A DNA stretch of 38,570 nt from contig NW_026867533.1 of the NCBI RefSeq assembly GCF_020745735.1, positions 434,001-472,570 on the forward strand, given 5' to 3'. The position numbers were made by a program, and so were the translations under genes. Below, in pieces: positions 32,629 to 38,570 of this stretch. Origin of the DNA: Hemiscyllium ocellatum. Taxonomy: Eukaryota. Each line of letters starts with the position of its first letter. Position 1 is the stretch's first letter. The notes beneath the pieces were generated by a model, which worked only from the letters and a program-made list of their open reading frames with translations, ran no database searches and was not told the origin of the DNA.

Positions 32629-35515
32629 AACATAGAACATAGAAAAATACAGCACAGAACAGGCCCTTTGGCCCACGACAGTGTGCCGAGGTCTAATCCT
32701 AATGTAAAATATAATAACAACCCACACACCTCTCAACTCACTGCTAAACATTTGCATGTCCAGCAGTCACTTAAATGCCCTAATGACTCTGCTTCCACCA
32801 CCACTGCTGGCAAAACATTCCATATTCCTCTCATTATTTTGTATACCTCAATCAGGTCTCCTCTCTCCCTCCATCTCTCCAGAGAGAAAAGTCTGAGCTT
32901 ATTCAACCTTTCTTCATAAGGCAAGCCCTCCAGTTCAGGCAGCATCCTGGTAAACCTTCTTTGCACCCTCTCCAAAGCCTCTATCTATTTCTTATAGCAG
33001 GGTGACCAGAACCTGACACAATATTCCAGGTGTGGTCTCACCAGGACTTGTAGAGCTGTAGCAAAACCTCGCAGCTCTCAAACTCGATTCCCCTGTAAAT
33101 GAAAGCCTAAACACCATATGCTTTCTTAACAACCCTATCCACTTGGGTAAAAAGTGAGGTCTGCAGATGCTGGAGATCAGAGCTGAAAATGTGTTGCTGG
33201 TTAAAGCGCAGCAGGTCAGGCAGCATCCAAGGAACAGGAAATTCGACAGATGAAGGGCTTTTGCCCGAAACTGTAGCAAAACCTCGTTGCTCTTAATGTC
33301 GATCCCCCTGTTAATGAAAGCCAAAGCACCATATGCTTTCTCAATTCCCCTATCCACTTGGGTGGCAAATTTGAGGGATCTACGTACTTCTGCACCCATA
33401 TCCTTGTGTTGCTGAACACTGCCAAGAATCCTGTCTTTAATCCTATGTTCAGCATTCGAGTTCGACCTTCAAATATGCCCCACTTCCCATTTATCCATAT
33501 TGAACTCCATCTTCCATTTCCCAGCCCAGCTCTGGATCCTACCTATGTGGCACTGCAACCTGCAATAGCCCAGGATACCATCGATGGCACCTCCAACATT
33601 TGTGTCATCTGCAAATTTCGTAACCCATTCTTCAACCCCTTCATCCAAGTCTTTTACAATGACTACAAAGAGCAGAGAACCATGAACAGAGTCCTGTGGG
33701 ACCCCACTCAACACTGATCTCCAGCCAGAATACATTCCATATTCAAACACTCTCTGCCTTGTGTCAGCCAATCCAATTCTGAATCCAGAAAGCCAAATCT
33801 CCCTGTATCCCATACTTCCTGATTCTCTGAATGAGCCTACCATGGGGAACTTTATCAACCTCCTTGCTGAATTCTATGTACACCACATCCTCTGCTCGAT
33901 CTTCGTCGACCTATCTTATCATCTCCTCAAAGAACTCAATCAGATTTTTGTGACATGAGCTGCCCCTCACAAAGCCATGCTGACTGCCTTTAATGACACT
34001 ATCCTTTGTCAAATAGTCATAAATCCTATCCCTCAGGATTCTTCCCAATACTTTGCTGTCCACATACATAAGACTGTCTGGTCTGTAATCGCCAGGGATT
34101 TCCCTACTACCCTTCTTGAAAAAAGAAACAACATTCACCTCCTTCTAATCCCATGGTGCTACTCCTGTGGAGAGTGAGGACGCAAATATCCTGGCCAGCG
34201 GCTTAGCAACCTCCTGTTTCGCTTCCCGAAGCAGCTGAGGATAAATCTGGTCTGGCTCTCGGGACTTATCAATCTTAATGTTTTCCAAAATTTCCAGCAC
34301 ATCTCCTTCACCAGTCTAGATCTGGTCACTCTGTATCCCAGCTCCTCAGAGTTTTCATTCACAACAAGGGTCTCTTTCCTTGTTGAAAACCGAAGCAAAA
34401 ACCTCATGAAGGGCTTCCCCTGTCTGCTCAGACTCCATGCACAAGTTCCATCCGCTATCCCTGATCGGTCCTAGCTTCTCCGTGATAATTCTCTTATTCC
34501 TCACCTATGAGGAAAATGCCGTTACGTTCTCCCATCTCCTTCTTGCCAAGCCTTTCTCGTGCCCCCTCCTGGCTCTCCTCAGTCCATTTTGGATCTCCTT
34601 TCTCGCAAGACTATAACCCTCTAAAGCTATGCTAGATCCTTGCTTCCTCCATCTTCCACAAGTTGCCTCCTTCCTCCGGGGGAGAAGCTCCTCTGTTCTC
34701 GTAATCCAAGGCTCATTAATCTTACCCCTTCTTACCTGTCTCAGAGGAACAAATTTGTGCATCATTCGCAACAACTGCTCCTTAAAAAGTCTCCACATGT
34801 CTGCTGTGCCCCTTCTGTGGAACAATTGCTCCCAGTCGGTATTTCCCAATCCTGTCTAATAGCGTCATAATTTCCTTTTTCCCAATTAAATATCTTCCCT
34901 CAGTAACTGCTCCTTTCCCTCTCCAAGGCTATGGTAAATGTGAGGGATTGTGATCACAGTCACCAAAGTGTTCTCCCACCGTGAGATCTGACACCTGTCC
35001 TGGCAGGTTGCTGAACACGAAATCTAAAATGGCCTCTCCCTCACGGCTTGTCTACATACTGAGTAAGGAAGCCGTTCTGAACGCACCTGTCAAAAACGGA
35101 TCCGTCTAAGCATCTGCACTTACGAGTTTCCAGTCAATGTTGGGAAAGTTGAAATCACCCATTTCAACAATCTTGCTACATCTGAATTTTTCGAGAATCT
35201 ACCGCCTATGAGTTTGTCAATCTCTCTACTGATACTAGGTGGTCTGTAGAAAACCCCGAATGAGATAGCTGCTCCCCTTGCTGCTCCTAACTTCCACCTA
35301 TACTGACTCAGTCGACAAACCTTCCTGAACAACCTTCGTTTCTGTCTCTGTGATGCACTCTTTGATTAGCAATGCTGCACGCCCTCCACTTTTTCCACCT
35401 TCCCTATTCTTTTAAATGTTCTAAACAATGGACCATCAAGCAACCATTCCTGCCCCTGTGAAACCCATGTCTCCGTTATGGCCATAACATCGGAGCCCCA
35501 AGTACTGATCCATGC
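32629..35515 (-). mobile_element. CR1-type LINE covering most of ORF2 and the 3'UTR, multiply frameshifted
   Basis: Fragments show FYRPP (endonuclease), DYRPDSLM, SGVPQDSV...KFADDT (RT), ERVQRRFTRMLPEL...RGDLIEVYKIM, and an (AACATAG)n tail at 32629. Confidence 0.93.
33149..33270 (+). mobile_element. PLE-type fragment inserted in the CR1 element, ending in an internally inverted hammerhead core
   Basis: AAAGTGAGGTCTGCAGATGCTGGAGATCAGAGCTGAAAATGTGTTGCTGG is the same family as 12445-12766. It ends CAGATGA-A-GGGCTTTTGCCC-GAAAC. Confidence 0.85.
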
Positions 35516-35759
35516 AAATTAACTTGGGATTTTTAAGTTTCCTTCTGAGAACTGTTCTCCACAGCACTGGAATGTTGTTTCCCAGTTTAACAGAGACTCT
35601 GCCATGAACTGATAAGAGTTGGTTACTTGAGTTGACACATTGTAAGCGCTAAACAAATCCAACATTGCAACCAATTAGTTTGAAAAACTGTGAAGTGAGG
35701 AATAACAGGAATACAGAGTAGTGTCGATAAGCAGAGAGATCTCGGTGTCAATGCACTTG

Positions 35760-36730
35760 GATCTTTGAAATTAGCCAATCAGGTTGATAGGGTTTTTAAA
35801 TAGGCATACGTTGTGATGGCTTTTATTGGTAGAGGGATTGCGTTTCAGAACCAATAGGTCATGTTGCAGCTCTAACAAACTCTGGTGCAGCTGCATTTGG
35901 AGAATTGCGTACAGTTCTGGTTGTCGCTTTATAAGACGAATGTAGAAGATTTGGAAAGGGTACACAGGAGATTTACTCAGATGTTCCCTGGTACAGAGGA
36001 AAGATCTTATGAGGAAAGGTTGAAGGACTTGAGTCTGTTTATGTAAAAGTAAAGAAGGTTGAGAGGTGATTAAATTGAGACATATAAGAAAAATAACAGA
36101 TTAGATTGGATGAGAGTCTTTTTCTTCGATGGTTATGGCTAGCACAAGGGCACATAGCTTTAAATTGAGGGGTGACGGATCTCGGACAGATGTCATTGGT
36201 AGTTACTTCCCCTAGAGAGTAGTAGGGGCATGAACTCACCAACTTTAAGAGCATTGAAATTGTCATTGGACAGGCATATGTATGAGAATGGAATTAGAAT
36301 TTATTAGAATCCCCACATGTGGATGCAGGCCCTTCAGCCCAATGAGTCCACACCGACCCCCCGAATAGTAACCCATTCCCTACCCTCTATTTACCCCTGA
36401 TTAATGCACCTAGCCTACATATACCTGAATACTACGGTCAATTTAGCACGGCCAATTTACCGAACGTGCGCATTCCTGGATTGTGGAAGGAAACCAGAGC
36501 ACCAGACGCCCATGCAGACACAGGGAAGAATTGCAAACTCCACACAGGCAGTCGCCCGAGGCTGGAATCGAACCTGAGTCCCTGGTGCTGTGAAGCAGCA
36601 ATTTTTCACCGCTGAGCACCGTGCTACCCAAAAGAATAGAGGTTAGATAGCCTTCAGATTGCGATCACGGGGTGGTGCAATATTGAGTGCCGAAGGGATT
36701 GTACCGCGCTGTAATGTTTTATGTTGTATA
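35760..36730 (+). mobile_element. CR1-type LINE 3' fragment interrupted by a SINE
   Basis: TTGGAGAATTGCGTACAGTTCTGG and GGAAAGGGTACACAGGAGATTTAC blocks; 3'UTR resumes after 36630 (GCCGAAGGGATTGTACCGCGCTG). Confidence 0.82.
36304..36629 (-). mobile_element. HE1-like SINE, near full length
   Basis: Reverse complement begins GGGTAGCACGGTGCTCAGCGG and contains GGTTCGATTCC and the SINE core. Confidence 0.9.
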
Positions 36731-36859
36731 ACTTCTCATATTAAGACAAACCTCTAAACAAAGTAAATAACTCAGCAAAAGATATCCTCAAGAATTGAGT
36801 GAGCGCTCATTAATACAGATTGTCCGACCAGGATGAAACCATCCCAGAATTGTTTCAGA

Positions 36860-37032
36860 GCTGACTCTGAGACACACCTGAAACCATACAGCAGCAGATA
36901 GGAATGATTCATTCTCTATTGCCTGTAGTGTACTGGACATGCAGGGAGATGCTGATTGTGAGACACGTAACAGCTACAGGGCAGCAGATGGGAGTGATTC
37001 ATTCTCTGTTATTTTCAGTGTATTGGACATGA
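36860..37032 (+). repeat. Diverged ~91-bp tandem duplication
   Basis: GCTGA..GAGACAC...GCAGCAGAT.GGA.TGATTCATTCTCT...AGTGTA.TGGACATG occurs at 36860 and 36951. Confidence 0.75.
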
Positions 37033-37249
37033 ATAGTGAAGAAACCTAACAAAAATGATTGATAATGAGATCGAACAGTTTGAAGAGTGATACACGGGTA
37101 TGGCAAGGGAGGTACTTGCCCCAGACCATGATGGACAAATTGGACTTGGTGTGGAGTACTGATAATGGACAAAAAGGAAACGGTAGGATTAAATAAGTAA
37201 GTTTCAGATTATCATGTGGGCATCATTGGGCACCACAAGGACCATTACT

Positions 37250-37430
37250 CAAGACACAGCTACTTATAATCTCTATCAATGACTGAGATGATCAATACAA
37301 TTGTTACGTTTGCTGATGACACAATGTGAGGTTGGACAGTAAAATCCAAGAAGGACATAGAAAGTGTTAAAAAATGAAAGGGAATGTTCATAAGTTAGTG
37401 AGCAAGAAATAATCTGTGAAATAAAAATGC
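37250..37430 (+). mobile_element. LINE RT fragment
   Basis: TTTGCTGATGACACA encodes FADDT near 37309. Confidence 0.6.
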
Positions 37431-37907
37431 TGAGAACCTTGAGGCTTTGTTTCATAACTTCAGTCCTGAAAGCATTTCAGAGCATTGTTAGATTTATAAA
37501 TGATGATGTTAATCAAAAACGTCACACTGCAGCAAGAGGCCTTTCTGTCCACAAGTCCCAAAAGAGTTCGTTGTTCTCTCGGCAACTTCCCTTCCTCTCA
37601 GATTCTTTTCCAATCTGGGGATTACAGCCCTGGATTTGTGGGATTTGTCTCCGTCATCATTAAAACCTGCTGTCCAGCTATCTTCCTGGTGAATATATGC
37701 CGCACTCAAATGGAAACGGACTCACAAGCGCCTGCTCTTTTCCCTTTCCAATATTTATGAATCCAAAGTCGATGCCATGCTAACATGAGATTGTGGCAGT
37801 AAGAATCCGAAAAAAAGCTGACTGACTGGTCTGAATGATCAGACCGACTTGGCCAAGTCCAGGGTGAAATATTACCACAATAACGTCAGCATCAACAACT
37901 ATCAGAG

Positions 37908-38096
37908 AAACAAAAAAAACCCCTGCAGATTCTTTAATCGAAAATAGACAGGCAGGAGGCTGAAAGGACACAACACCCAGGCAGCATTGGGAGGTGGAGG
38001 GGTCGGGTGTAACCCTTCTTCAGGACAGAAGAGTTAGGCAAAAAAGGTTGACCTCACCTCCTGAAGCGGCCTGGCTTGTTGTGTTCCTCCAGTCTC
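37908..38096. mobile_element. Old fold-back PLE-type fragment with decayed hammerhead
   Basis: Diverged inverted arms about 37956-38000 and 38048-38096. Minus-strand CUGAAGA-A-GGGU(UAC)ACCC-GACC at 38001-38026. Confidence 0.6.
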
Positions 38097-38570
38097 AAGA
38101 AGGACACTGAACCGCTTCAGAGCATTTTGGAGGGTTGGGGGGGGGGGGGGCGGGGCATTTTGATGAGAGTTAGAGGCGAGAATGAGCAAGTGCAGAAAGT
38201 GAAGACTCAGAGGTCTGGGTTGCTTGCCATTAACAAGGTTTGGTCATGAAATAACTTCAGAAACGGGAGCACACCTCACCAATTACCCAGTTATCACAAA
38301 TGCTTAGCCTTTGACAGTAGCCTCTTACTGAGTCTGGCATTGAGTATCTCATATCCCTGACATTCAGCTATTTATGAGAGCCAGGTCTTCCTGATTGAAT
38401 CAGATTATTAGCCGCAGTCAGAGAGCTTATATTGTCTGATTCCATTGACTGACCTCATTACGACAGCATAGGTCGAGAATACAGCGGCGTCCTGATAGTA
38501 GAATGCAGGACTCGGGCAAGAGATTGAAATCTGAAACCTGAGTTACTCCGAGTGCTCATTCAGATGATGA

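Noticed and set aside
38132-38155. G14 run as a functional G-quadruplex
   Set aside because: An isolated homopolymer beside TE debris, with unreliable length and no supporting context.
38380-38570. Slightly CpG-rich terminal sequence as an exon of a neighbouring gene
   Set aside because: All frames I read contain stops or lack recognisable motifs, and the segment is cut by the window edge.

Overview
Cartilaginous-fish (shark) genomic DNA, probably a carpet/bamboo shark (inference). It holds one complete immunoglobulin mu heavy-chain (IgM) minilocus on the + strand: leader, VH, JH, CH1-CH4 with secretory tail, TM1 and TM2, embedded in CR1-type LINE, tRNA-derived SINE and Penelope-like element (PLE) debris. 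Main points: (1) VH has no 23-RSS of its own and runs directly into 28 nt of D-like sequence ending in a 12-RSS, so it looks like a germline pre-joined VD(D)-J cluster needing only one RAG step to JH. (2) CH4 has a +1 frameshift in a C7 run, which is either a real lesion or a homopolymer error. (3) About eight hammerhead-ribozyme motifs from several PLE families are present. One has an intact core (1268-1332, minus strand), and three of the host fragments are fold-back hairpin inserts, two with 15-16 bp target-site duplications. (4) A recent inverted duplication of at least 728 bp and an older ~590 bp direct duplication lie upstream of the VH promoter. Most ORFs in the supplied track are spurious or transposon remnants. 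All alignments were done by eye and TE boundaries are approximate.
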